From the NCBI GenBank assembly GCA_965217585.1, contig OZ244561.1:5568001-5632000 (forward strand): a DNA stretch of 64,000 nt, written 5' to 3'. Positions 38,920-49,100 of the stretch are shown piece after piece (position 1 is the first letter of the stretch; every line of letters begins with the position of its first letter). Origin of the DNA: Candidatus Latescibacterota bacterium. GTDB lineage: Bacteria > Latescibacterota > UBA2968 > UBA8231. The notes under the pieces were generated by a model. The model was not told the origin of the DNA and made no database searches. It saw nothing but the letters and a program-made list of their open reading frames with translations. The position numbers were made by a program, and so were the translations under genes.

Positions 38920-39180
38920 ATGAAATTTCAAGGTGCCGTAATTAGGGAGCAAGGTGTCACGTTTGCTGTTGTCATTGTTAAAAAGCACGTATTGGATAAT
39001 CCGAATGCTGCTCAAAAGGCGATTCAAACCTTTGGGTCTGTTTTTTCAGGTTTCCCAGTGACGCTTATGGCTCAAGACTATCAAGGTCATCCCTCTTATT
39101 ATGGTCGAAGAGATATTGCGAAATTTATGGCCAATGTCCCGCTATCGGCCATTCCATGGCGAGAATACACTTTGAATTGA
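38920..39180 (+). CDS. 86-aa hypothetical protein
   Basis: GAGG RBS, AT-rich clean ORF with globular-looking composition (MKFQGAVIREQGVTFAVVIVK...YYGRRDI...IPWREY). Confidence 0.8.
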   Translation: MKFQGAVIREQGVTFAVVIVKKHVLDNPNAAQKAIQTFGSVFSGFPVTLMAQDYQGHPSYYGRRDIAKFMANVPLSAIPWREYTLN

Positions 39181-39207
39181 CGTAATTGATAGCCTCAAAA
39201 AGCTATA

Positions 39208-39396
39208 TTAGACAGTACTTCGCACGTCAATTCTACCCGTCACTGCGGCAGAGACGAGCGCGGTTCGGCGTTCTTTGAGGTGGTTAATTGCTACGTCAGT
39301 TTTTTCAAGTAGCTTATCAATAGTCATCAGAGTCTTTTGTGATTATTATGTCTCCTCTTCCGCTATCCATGTACTCCGCATCTTCCGAAAGCTCAT
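39208..39396 (-). pseudogene. hsdS: type I R-M specificity subunit relic (only N- and C-termini remain)
   Basis: Start reads MSFRK/(Y)AEYMDSG, end reads IDKLLEK...LKERRTALVSAAVTGRIDVR. ATGA overlap with yhcG. Confidence 0.75.
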
Positions 39397-40406
39397 CTAT
39401 CGCCTGCTGCGGCGGACTCGCACTGCAAATAAAACTCTTGCAGTTTGGCTTCCAGCAGTTTCTTGTCGGGCAACTGCATCTGATACTCAGCAATTAAGGC
39501 GGGCGAGAGTGTCCGGTTGAGGGCGTACTCGACGACTTCTTCGTCTTTGCTCGCACACAGCAAGACACCGATGGATGGGTGTTCGTGCGGCTTCTTCACA
39601 TCGCGGTCCAAAGCCTCTAAATAAAAACTGAGCTTGCCCAAATACTCCGGCTCGAACCGTCCCACCTTCAGTTCAAACGCGACCAAACAGTTAAGCCCGC
39701 GATGAAAGAAGAGCAGGTCAAGCGCAAAATCGCGATCGCCAACTTGGAGGGGAAACTCGGCACCCACAAAACAAAAATCCCGCCCTAGTTCGACCAGAAA
39801 ATCCCGCAGCCTTGCGATCAGTGCCCGCTGTAAATCAGGTTCGGCGTGGTCGTCCGGCAAGTCGAGAAACTCTAGCAAATAGGTGTCTTTGAGCACTTTG
39901 TGGGCTCCCGGCTGCATTTGTCTCAGCACTGCTGAGACTTTTGGCGGATTGAGCACGGCTCGCTCAAATAAGGCCCCTCGGAACTGGCGTTCAAGTTCAC
40001 GGCTGGACCATTTTTCGCGGATCGCCGTTTTCAGATAAAACTCGCGTTCTTCCGGGGTTTTACTCTGCGACAGAATGATGAGGTTGTGCGTCCAAGGTAA
40101 TTGTCTCACCAGTGGTGCGACTTTTTCATCGTCCCGATAGGTCGCGTAAAATTGCCGCATCCGAAACAGATTCGCCCGCGTAAATCCACGCAGGCCGGGC
40201 TGCGTCGTTTTGAGGTACTTGGCCAGTTGATCGACGACACCCTCGCCCCAAGCGGCAGACTCTAATTTGTTGTGGATATATGCCCCGACCTGCCAGTACA
40301 GTTCAACTAGCATGGAGTTGACAGCCGAGTACGTGCGCTGTTTTGCCACGGCAATCATCTGAGCGACTTCATCGAAATCGCGGCTGGGGATCACCTCGTT
40401 ACTCAT
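39393..40406 (-). CDS. YhcG/DUF1016 PD-(D/E)xK nuclease-domain protein
   Basis: LYWQVG, WGEGVV, LPWTH, REFY, KDTYLLEFL, ELGRDFCFVG, DLLFFHRGLNCLVAFELK. Confidence 0.92.
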   Translation of the reverse strand: MSNEVIPSRDFDEVAQMIAVAKQRTYSAVNSMLVELYWQVGAYIHNKLESAAWGEGVVDQLAKYLKTTQPGLRGFTRANLFRMRQFYATYRDDEKVAPLVRQLPWTHNLIILSQSKTPEEREFYLKTAIREKWSSRELERQFRGALFERAVLNPPKVSAVLRQMQPGAHKVLKDTYLLEFLDLPDDHAEPDLQRALIARLRDFLVELGRDFCFVGAEFPLQVGDRDFALDLLFFHRGLNCLVAFELKVGRFEPEYLGKLSFYLEALDRDVKKPHEHPSIGVLLCASKDEEVVEYALNRTLSPALIAEYQMQLPDKKLLEAKLQEFYLQCESAAAGDR

Positions 40407-40459
40407 TGCGAAAATCCTTCGATCACTCCGACGATGCGATCCGGCACGCCTTTTAATCC
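40403..40459 (-). pseudogene. possible 3' end of hsdM
   Basis: LKGVPDRIVGVIEGFSQ* with an ATGA overlap into yhcG. Resembles HsdM C-termini. Confidence 0.4.
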
Positions 40460-40528
40460 TTGTGCTGTACGAAATCGATCCGACCGCCTCGATGCGCATC
40501 GGGCAGATGTGGCTGGCCGCAGGGGTTG

Positions 40529-43279
40529 CTAAGCAGTACCTAACCTAGCTTCGCTGAGAGCCTCGCTTTCAACCAACGCCTCGACGCGCACCGGACAGAC
40601 CTTTAGCTCGGCGGTGTCGGTGACGGGGTCGTACCCGGAGCCGGTGAGGATGTTGATCGGCACGTCGTTGAAGCTGAAGCTGGCAAAGACCGTGCCGCGC
40701 GGCGAGCGGGTGTTGGCCTCGGCGCGGATTTCGATGGCTCCGCGCGCGCTCGACAGGCGGCACAAGCCCCCGTCTTCAAGGCCCCAAGCGGTGATGTCTT
40801 CGGGGTGGACTTCGAGGCGCTCTTCCGCGAGCAGGTAGTCGATCCCTTGGGAGCGGCCCGTTTGGGTGCGAGTGTGGTAGGCTTGGAGCCGGCGGCCGGT
40901 CGTCAGCCAGACCGGGAATTGGGCCGAAAGAATCTCGGCCGGGTCGCGGTAGCGGATGATTTTGAAAAGGCCGCGACCGTTTCTGAAAACCCCTTCGTGC
41001 AAAATCGGCGTCCCCGGGTGGCCCTTTTCGGGTACGGGCCACTGGTACTCGCCCTTGTCGATCCGCTCCCAATCGAGGCCGGCGTAGATGGGCGAGAGGC
41101 CGCATAGTTCGTTGAACACGTCCTCAGCCGAATTGTAGTCGAAGCCGCTAAAGCCAAGCCGCTGGGCGAGTTGACTTATGATCCACCAGTCGGGTTTGGC
41201 CTCGCCGGGCGGAGGCACGGCTTGGCGCAGGCGCTGGACCCGGCGCTCGGTGTTGGAGCAGACCCCGTCGGTCTCGGCAAAGGCACTGGCGGGGAAGACC
41301 ACGTCGGCCATCGCGGCGGTCTCGGTGAGGAAGATGTCGATGACCACGAGGATGTCTAGGCTCTTGAGGGCGTGCTCGCAGTGATGGCGGTCCGGGTCGG
41401 AGACGACGGTGTTTTCGCCGTTGATGAGCATGGCAAAAATCTCGGTGCCGCAGCGGTTGAGCGCCTGGACCTTGGTGATGCCTTTGTCCTGGTCCATCTC
41501 CCGCCCGTAGAGCGCGGTGAATTTTTCCCTGTTTTCAGGCAGGTTAACCGGTTGGAAGCCGGGGTAATTGGATGGGATGGCCCCGGAGTCGCCGGCACCT
41601 TGGATGTTGTTCTGCCCGCGCATGGGGTTGATGCCGGTGCCTTCGCGGCCGATGTTGCCGGTCAGCAGGGCGAGATTGCACAGGCTCTGGACGTTGTCAA
41701 CACCGCAAATGTGCTCGGTGATGCCGAGGGTGTAGTAGATGGCCCCCTTGTCGGCCGCCCCGTACCAACGGGCGGCCTGTTCGATGTCCGCGGCGGGCAC
41801 CTCGGTAATGGTCGAAGCCCACTCGGGTGTGAACTCGACTACGTGCTCTAGGAATTGCTCAAAGTCGGCCGTGCGCGCTTCCATAAAGGCGCGATCTGTC
41901 AGGTCGTCGCGGACGATCACGTGCGCCATAGCCAACAGCAGGGCCACGTCCGAGCCGACGCGGATGGGCAGGTACAGGTCGGCCATGTGCGCGAGGTCGA
42001 TCTTGCGCGGGTCGGCGACGATCATCTTGGCCCCTCGCTTGAGGGCCTTTTTGATCCGCGTCGCCGCCACCGGGTGACACTCGGTCATGTTGGTCCCGAT
42101 GCAGAAGATCAGGTCGGGTTTGTCCATGTCGGCCAAGGGGTTCGACATGGCGCCGCGTCCGATGGAGGCTGCCAGACCGGCAACCGTGGGCGCGTGTCAG
42201 GCACGGCTACAGTTGTCTATGTAGTGAGTGCCGTAGCCTCGGCGGATGAACTTCTGCATGCAGTAGTTGGCCTCCGAAGGCGTGCGGCCGGAGGCGACGC
42301 CGTAGATGGCGTGGCGGCCGTGCTCGGCGAGCACCTTGGCAAAGCCTTGGGCGGCGCGGTCGAGCGCGGTGTCCCAGTCGGTGGGATGGAGCTGGCCGTC
42401 CTCGCCGCGGACTAGGGGATCTGTGAGCCGATCGCTGTGCTGGACGAAGTCAAAGGCGAATTGGCCCTTGACGCACAGCGCGCCCTCGTTGGCCGGGCCG
42501 TCCATCGCCGGTTGGATGCCGACGAGTTTATCCTCTTTGGACAGCAGATCCACCGAGCAGCCAACGCCGCAGTACGGGCAGACCGAGCGGGTCTTTTCGA
42601 TCTCGCCGGGCAGGTCGGCGGCGCGCAGGGCCTTTTTGTCGGCGAGGGCGCCGGTGGGGCAGGTCTGGACGCATTGGCCGCAGAAGGTGCAGGACGAATC
42701 CTTGAGCAGGCCATTGAACTCCGTGGTGATCTGCTTGTGGAAGCCGCGCCCCATGGCGGCAATGGCGTGGTCGCCTTCCTGCTCGGCGCAGACGCGGACG
42801 CAGCGGTTGCACGAGATGCACAAGTCGTAGTCGCGCAAGATGAAGGGGTTGTCGTCGGTAGGATGCACCTCGCCCGATTGCGCGCCGGCGAAGCGGCCGG
42901 AGTGGGCTTGGTAGCGATCGACGAGGTCTGTTAGCTCTTGGGAAGCGTACCCGCGCAGGGGATCCACCTCGACTTCGCGGTTTTCCGAGACGACCATTTC
43001 CAGCAGCGTCTTGCGGTGCTTCTCGATGGCCGCGGTCGCCGTTTTGACGACCATGTCGGGCGCGGCTTGGGCCGTGCAGGAGGCGACCGGATTGCGCGCT
43101 CCTTCGATTTCGACCACGCAGAGCCGGCAGGCCCCAAAAGGTTCTAGGCGCGGGTCGTAGCAGAGGGTGGGAATATCGCGGCGATGGCGTTGGGCGACCT
43201 CGTAGAGGGTCTCGCCGGGAGCAAAGGCGACTTCTTCGCCGTCTAAGGTCAGGGTGTGTTGTTGCCCATTGGTATTCAT
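40529..43279 (-). CDS. fdhF: NAD-linked formate dehydrogenase alpha subunit, selenocysteine-containing (UGA at 42197-42199)
   Basis: Two in-frame ORFs join as IDNCSRA-U-HAPTVAGL. Fe-S motifs, CPYCGVGC, RGQNNIQG, molybdopterin C-terminal domain. 916 aa. Confidence 0.93.
42167..42185 (-). promoter_or_regulatory. bacterial SECIS element
   Basis: GGTTGCC-GGTCT-GGCAGCC hairpin starting 11 nt after the UGA, closely resembling the E. coli fdhF SECIS. Confidence 0.85.
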
Positions 43280-43293
43280 GGTAAGGCCCTCGT

Positions 43294-44952
43294 TCAGGCG
43301 CAGACGCGCTGTGCGACTTGGTCGGGAAAGTACTTGAGGAGGCTATCGGTGATAAAGGGGGCGGCCACGCCGAGGCCGCAGGCGCTGGTGGCCTTCATGA
43401 CGTCGCCGATGTCTTCTACTTCGGCGCGCCAAGCCGCTAGGTCCGCAGGCCCGCCGCCATCAAGCCGCTCGGTCAACCGTTGGGTGCCGATGCGACAGGG
43501 GAAGCACTTGCCGCAGGACTCCTCGGCAAAAAAGGCCATAGCTTGGCGGGCGATGTCCACCATGTCGCGGCGGTCGTCAAAGGCCATGATGCCGCCCGAG
43601 GCGAGGATCGAGCCGCGGGCGCGAATCGCCGGTTCGTCGAGGGTGGTATTAAGGTCGTCGCCGGCGAGAAAACCGCCCGAGAGGCCAGCCATAGTAACTG
43701 CTTGGATATGGCGGCCTAGCTCCGGCCCGCCGGCCCATTCGTGGAGCAAGGTGTCGAGGGGCAGGCCAAAGGGAATTTCGTAGTTGCCCGGCCGCTGCAC
43801 GTCGCCCGAGAGGCTGATGACCTTGGTGCCTGGGTGGCCGTCGAGGCCCAGCGAGCGATACCACGCGGCACCGCGTCGCACGATCGGAGGTGCCGAGGCC
43901 AAGGTTTCGACGTTGTTGACAGCCGTGGGCAAGTTTTCAAAACCGTGCGTCACCGGGTAGGGCGGGCGATTGCGCGGATAGGGATGTTTGCCTTCAAGGC
44001 TGTTGAGCAACGAGCCTTCCTCGCCGCAAATGTACGCGCCGGCACCGCGACGGATGTCGAGCGTACAGGAGAAGTCGCTGCCGAGGATGTGCGGGCCGAT
44101 TAGGTTGGCGGCGCGGGCCTCGGCTAGCGCGTTGGCGAGGATGGCGTTGATTTCCGGGTATTCGTAGCGCAGATAGATAAAGGCGCGAGTAGAGCCGGTG
44201 GCGTACGCGGCTAGGAGCATGCCTTCGATGACCGCGTGTGGATCCCATTCGAGTAGCGCGCGATCCTTAAAGCAACCCGGCTCGCCTTCGTCGGCATTGC
44301 AGACGACGGTTTTGGGCTCGCCCGGGGCCTCGGCGACGGCCTGCCACTTCTGGCCGGTGGGAAAGCCCGCGCCGCCCCGGCCGGCGAGCTGGCTGTCGAC
44401 AATGAAGGCGACCAGTTCGGCTGGCTTCCCGTCGAGGGCTTGTTGCAGTGCTTGGTACCCGCCGGTTTGGCGATAGCCGGACAGGGTGGCACGGCCCGGA
44501 GCGCGGATGTCGGCGAAGACGCATTCCTCGTAGCCGCCGGGATTGGGCACGGGCAGCGGCGAGGGGCTGGGCGCAAGGGCCTCCGCGTTGGTTCCGACCA
44601 GCACTTGATCGCCTTTGATGACCGGAATGGGATCGTCGCAGCGGCCGGCGCACGGCATGGGCGTGGCACCGGCGAGGCTGGCGCAGAGCGCGTCGGCTCC
44701 GCGCAGCGCGCATATCGGGCCGGTGCAGACGCGCGGGGCACTTTGGCCGGGAACTTGGCGGGCGAAGTGGTGGTAAAAGGTGACGGTGGCAAAAAGCTCG
44801 GCGAGGGGGATTTTCAGGCCCGTTGATACGGCCTTGAGAGCTTCTTCCGACAAATAGCCGTCGCGGTCGTGGAAGGCGTGCAGAAGCGGCAATAAGGGAG
44901 CGGTTTCGCGCTGCCAGTGTGCGACGAGTGCGTCGTCTGTAGGGGAGATCAA
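43294..44952 (-). CDS. fused NuoE-NuoF-like diaphorase subunit (FdsG/FdsB-like)
   Basis: TFYHHF, CTGPIC/CAGRC, GRGGAGFPTG.KW, NADEGEPG, GAGAYICGEE, ESCGKCFPCRIG. TTG start uncertain. Confidence 0.9.
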   Translation of the reverse strand: MISPTDDALVAHWQRETAPLLPLLHAFHDRDGYLSEEALKAVSTGLKIPLAELFATVTFYHHFARQVPGQSAPRVCTGPICALRGADALCASLAGATPMPCAGRCDDPIPVIKGDQVLVGTNAEALAPSPSPLPVPNPGGYEECVFADIRAPGRATLSGYRQTGGYQALQQALDGKPAELVAFIVDSQLAGRGGAGFPTGQKWQAVAEAPGEPKTVVCNADEGEPGCFKDRALLEWDPHAVIEGMLLAAYATGSTRAFIYLRYEYPEINAILANALAEARAANLIGPHILGSDFSCTLDIRRGAGAYICGEEGSLLNSLEGKHPYPRNRPPYPVTHGFENLPTAVNNVETLASAPPIVRRGAAWYRSLGLDGHPGTKVISLSGDVQRPGNYEIPFGLPLDTLLHEWAGGPELGRHIQAVTMAGLSGGFLAGDDLNTTLDEPAIRARGSILASGGIMAFDDRRDMVDIARQAMAFFAEESCGKCFPCRIGTQRLTERLDGGGPADLAAWRAEVEDIGDVMKATSACGLGVAAPFITDSLLKYFPDQVAQRVCA

Positions 44953-45195
44953 GCTAGGTACCTTTTGTATTTAGGTGGCCGCCGGAAGGCAACCGGGTTG
45001 CTTGCGTATATAGATGAATAATTTAGTGGTTGCGCCAACTGAGGGCAACCGAGCACAGCGGCTATGGATCATTCAAAGATTTAGAGCAATTTATGCCGGT
45101 GGCATCTTGCGGCTGGAAACATTTAGCGACAGTGCTCTTTATCGTGGCGATACGAATCATGTTTTCCGCGGAATGGGTGGGGCCTTCGAAAACCT

Positions 45196-46044
45196 TTGCA
45201 CCGTCAGCTACTGGATGCCGTGAGGCAGTACTTGGTGGTGGGAGGGATGCCGGCCAGCGTGTTTGCCTACACCCGGTCCGCGTCGCCTGCCGATACCGAG
45301 GCTGAGAAACAATCGATTCTCGAGACCTTTGCTGAGGATTTTGGCAAATACGCGCGCAGAGCCGATCCCGACCGGCTGCGCAAGGTGTTCACCCGCCTCC
45401 CGCTGCTGATCGGTCAGCGGCTGAAATACGCCCATATTGACCGGGACGATCAAGCGAGAAATCTGGCCCATGCTTTGTCGTTGTTGTGCAAGGCCTTAGT
45501 CGCTTGGCGCGTCCATCACAGTGCCTGCAACGGCGTCCCGCTGCGGGCAGAAATGAAAGAGACCGTGTTCAAGCCGCTGTTCCTCGACGTCGGCTTGATG
45601 TCTAGTGCCTGTGGCCTCAACCTGCTGGACTTTACCAGCGCAACGGACGTGCTGCAAGTAAACCAAGGGAGTGTTTGCGAGCAGTTTGTCGGACAGCATC
45701 TGCTCTACGGGCAGCCTTCCTTCGTCCGGCCGGAGCTGTTCTTCTGGATGCGGGAGAAGTCCTCTTCCAATGCCGAAGTCGATTACGTGATCAGCGTGGG
45801 TACTAAAATCATCCCCGTCGAAGTCAAGGCGGGTAAGACCGGTACACTCAAGTCGTTGCAGGTCTTTCTCAAGACCAAGGCACAGAAAATAGGGGTGCGC
45901 GTAAACAGCGCTCCTCCCACTTGGCATACGGCCAGCTATGCCTTGCCTGAGATGGCGGACCAATCCTTTGAATTGGTCTCGATCCCTTTCTATCTAGTGG
46001 GGCAATTGCGTCGATTGCTCGGAGAGAAACAAGGCGGTGGCTAA
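45196..46044 (+). pseudogene. AAA_14/DUF4143 ATP-binding protein, 5'-truncated
   Basis: YLVVGGMP, FLDVGL, EVDYV, IPVEVKAG. Walker A region absent. Confidence 0.75.
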
Positions 46045-46153
46045 TTCACTACCTGGGTGCATCGTGCGAATTCATTGGCTGACTCTTGAGAGTGCCCTTT
46101 ATTTGTCTTAATCCGCGAAGATAGGGAACATCCACCGCCTTCCACATATCGCT

Positions 46154-49100
46154 ATGGACCCAAGCCTTTCGTCTCGCTGCCTTTCGCTCGACCTTGAAGT
46201 CGGCAAGCAGGACCACCGCATTCATGCCTTCGCCGCGGTACGTCCGAATGTCGATCAACCGCTGGTATTCCAAGGCGATGACTTGGCGGCAGCATTGGCA
46301 GAACTCGACGATTTCGCTGATGGCGCGGACTTCCTGCTCGGGCACAACCTGATCAATTTCGATTTACACCATTTGAGAGCCGCAAAGCCCGATCTCCGAC
46401 TGTTGGGATTGCCGACGGTGGATACGCTGCGGCTCAACCCCCTCGCCTTTCCTCGCAATCCCTATCACCACCTCGTCAAGCACTATCAGGATGGGCAGCT
46501 CAAACGAGGGCGAATCAACGATCCGGCACAGGATGCCCAGCTCGCGCTAGATGTCTTCGATGATCAGCAAACCGCGTTACGCGATGCGCCGCTTGGCTTG
46601 CTCGCCGCATGGCATTGGCTGACCGGCACGGGACCCGACGGCGCGGGATTCGACGCCGTTTTCGACGCCATACGGTCCAAGCTCCGGCCCACCGACGCGG
46701 CAGCGAATGCAAGGATCCGCGAGCGGCTTGCGGGCATCGCCTGTCAGAATCGCGGTCGGGATGTTCTCGAGAATGCCGCCCAAAGCGGCTGGCCGCTAGC
46801 GTACGCGCTGGCCTGGCTGTCCGTTGCTGGCGGCAATTCCGTGATGCCACCGTGGGTTCGACATCAGTTCCCAGAAGCCGGTAAGCTGGTTCGCCGACTA
46901 CGGGATATGCCCTGCGGCGAGGCCGACTGCGATTGGTGCCGGGAAAGGCACGACCCGCACAAGGAGCTTAAGCGTTGGTTCGGCTTTGACGATTTTCGCC
47001 CGGAGCCGTTGAGTGCCGACGGACGCCCTATGCAGCAGTTGATCGTCGAGGCGGCAATGGCCGGAGAGCACGTTCTGGGGATTCTGCCCACCGGTACTGG
47101 CAAGTCGCTCTGCTATCAGATCCCGGCCCTGTCCCGCTACGACAAGACTGGCGCTCTCACGGTGGTGATTTCGCCCTTGGTCGCGCTCATGGCGGATCAG
47201 GTGGCGGGCCTTCGCAAGCAGGACATCGACTGCTGCGTGACTATCAATGGAATGCTGTCGATGCCGGAGCGGGCCGAGGCACTCGATCAGGTGCGTCTGG
47301 GGGACGCCGGTATTCTCATCATCTCGCCGGAGCAACTGCGTAGCACCGCCGTGCGCCGTGCGCTCGATCAACGAGAGATCGGGGCTTGGGTGCTGGACGA
47401 GGCTCATTGCCTCTCGAAGTGGGGGCACGACTTTCGGCCGGATTATCGCTACGTGGGACGCTTCATCCGCGAAAAGGCGGGACAGGCCCCGATTCCACCA
47501 GTGCTGTGCCTGACCGCGACCGCCAAGCCCGACGTGGTGGCGGACATTGGGCAGCATTTCGGGGACGAGCTTGGTATCGAATTAGAAGTTTTCGACGGCG
47601 GTGCCCATCGCACCAATCTGGAGTTCACAGTAGTGCCGACGACCGGGGGAGAGAAATTCGCGCATATCCATCAGATCCTAATGGACGACCTGCCGCCGGA
47701 TACGCCCGACGGTGCCATTGTCTATTGTGCGACGCAACGGCAGACTGAAGAGGTGGCGGAGTTCCTGCAGGACAAGGAGATCGCGGCTGACTACTTCCAC
47801 TCCAAGCTGCCACCGGAGACCAAGAAGAGCGTACAGCAGCGCTTTATCGGCGGTGAGTTGCGCGTGATCGCAGCCACCAATGCCTTCGGCATGGGTATCG
47901 ACAAGCCGGACGTGCGGCTGGTGATCCACGCCGACATCCCGGGATCTATAGAGAACTACATGCAGGAGGCAGGCCGCGCCGGACGCGACCGGCAGACGGC
48001 TCGCTGCGTACTGCTCTATGTAACAGACGACGTGGATAGACAGTTCTTCATGTCGGCGCGTTCGCGGCTCACTCGGCGAGAGATTCACGGCGTCCTAAGA
48101 GCGTTGCGCAACCTGGACCGTAAGAAGCGTCTGAGTGGCGAGGTCGTAGCCACTGCCGGCGAGATCCTCGGCGAGGACGAGGAAAAGGTCTTTGAGCGGG
48201 ACTCCGCCACCGACGATACCCGCGTGCGAACCGCCATCGCTTGGCTGGAGGAGGCGGTGCTGCTGACACGAGAGGAGAACCGAGTGCAGGTGTTTCCTTC
48301 GTCTCTCCGGGTGGATTCGGTGAAGGAAGCACGCGGTCGGTTGGCGAAGGCGGCTGTGACCGACGACTGCCGGCGACGGCTGCTTAGAATCGCCGAGACG
48401 CTGATCGATGCCGATCCCGACGAGGGCATCTCCACCGACGATCTGATGGGCGTATCCGGTCTGAGCGCCGAAGGCGTGCGTGGTGCCCTGTACGACTTGG
48501 AGCGGCTGGGCATCGCCAGCAACGATACGGCGCTGACTGCCTTTGTCCACGCGGGGGTGGAGCGCAACTCGCGGAAGCGCTTTGATGAGGCGGCGGAGTT
48601 GGAGACCGCTCTGATCGCGCAGATGCGCGAGGCGGCACCGGATATGGGCAAGGGAGATACGTCACCCCTGCATTTGCGCGTCGCCGCGCAAACCCTGCGA
48701 GATGCGGGGGTGGCCGATCCGCTGCCGGAACGACTACGGCGCATTCTCCGCAGCATCGCCCGCGACGGGCGCGGCGAAGAGGGCGGCACCGGCAGCATTG
48801 GGATGCAACAGCGGGATGTGGAGACGGTGCAGGTGACGTTGCGGCGCGAGTGGTCGGATTTGGAGGAGCTCGCCTCGCGCCGGCGCGAGGGGGCGAAGCG
48901 CCTGCTGGATCACTTGCTCACCTGCCTGCCGCCCGGGAGCCGGGGGACGGATCTACTGGCTGAGACTACCCTCGGCAAGCTGTTGGAAGCGATCACGTCC
49001 GACCTGTTTCTAAAGAGCAGGAACCCCGAGAGGTTGCTGGACCGCGCCCTCCTATGGCTGCACGAGCAGGAGGTCATTCGCCTCCACAAGGGCTTGGCGG

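Noticed and set aside
40529-42148. Separate 539-aa molybdopterin protein as listed in the ORF track
   Set aside because: It is the C-terminal part of the Sec-containing FDH.
45014-45223. Possible FRG-domain fragment (LYRG..VFRG)
   Set aside because: Too short and weak to call.
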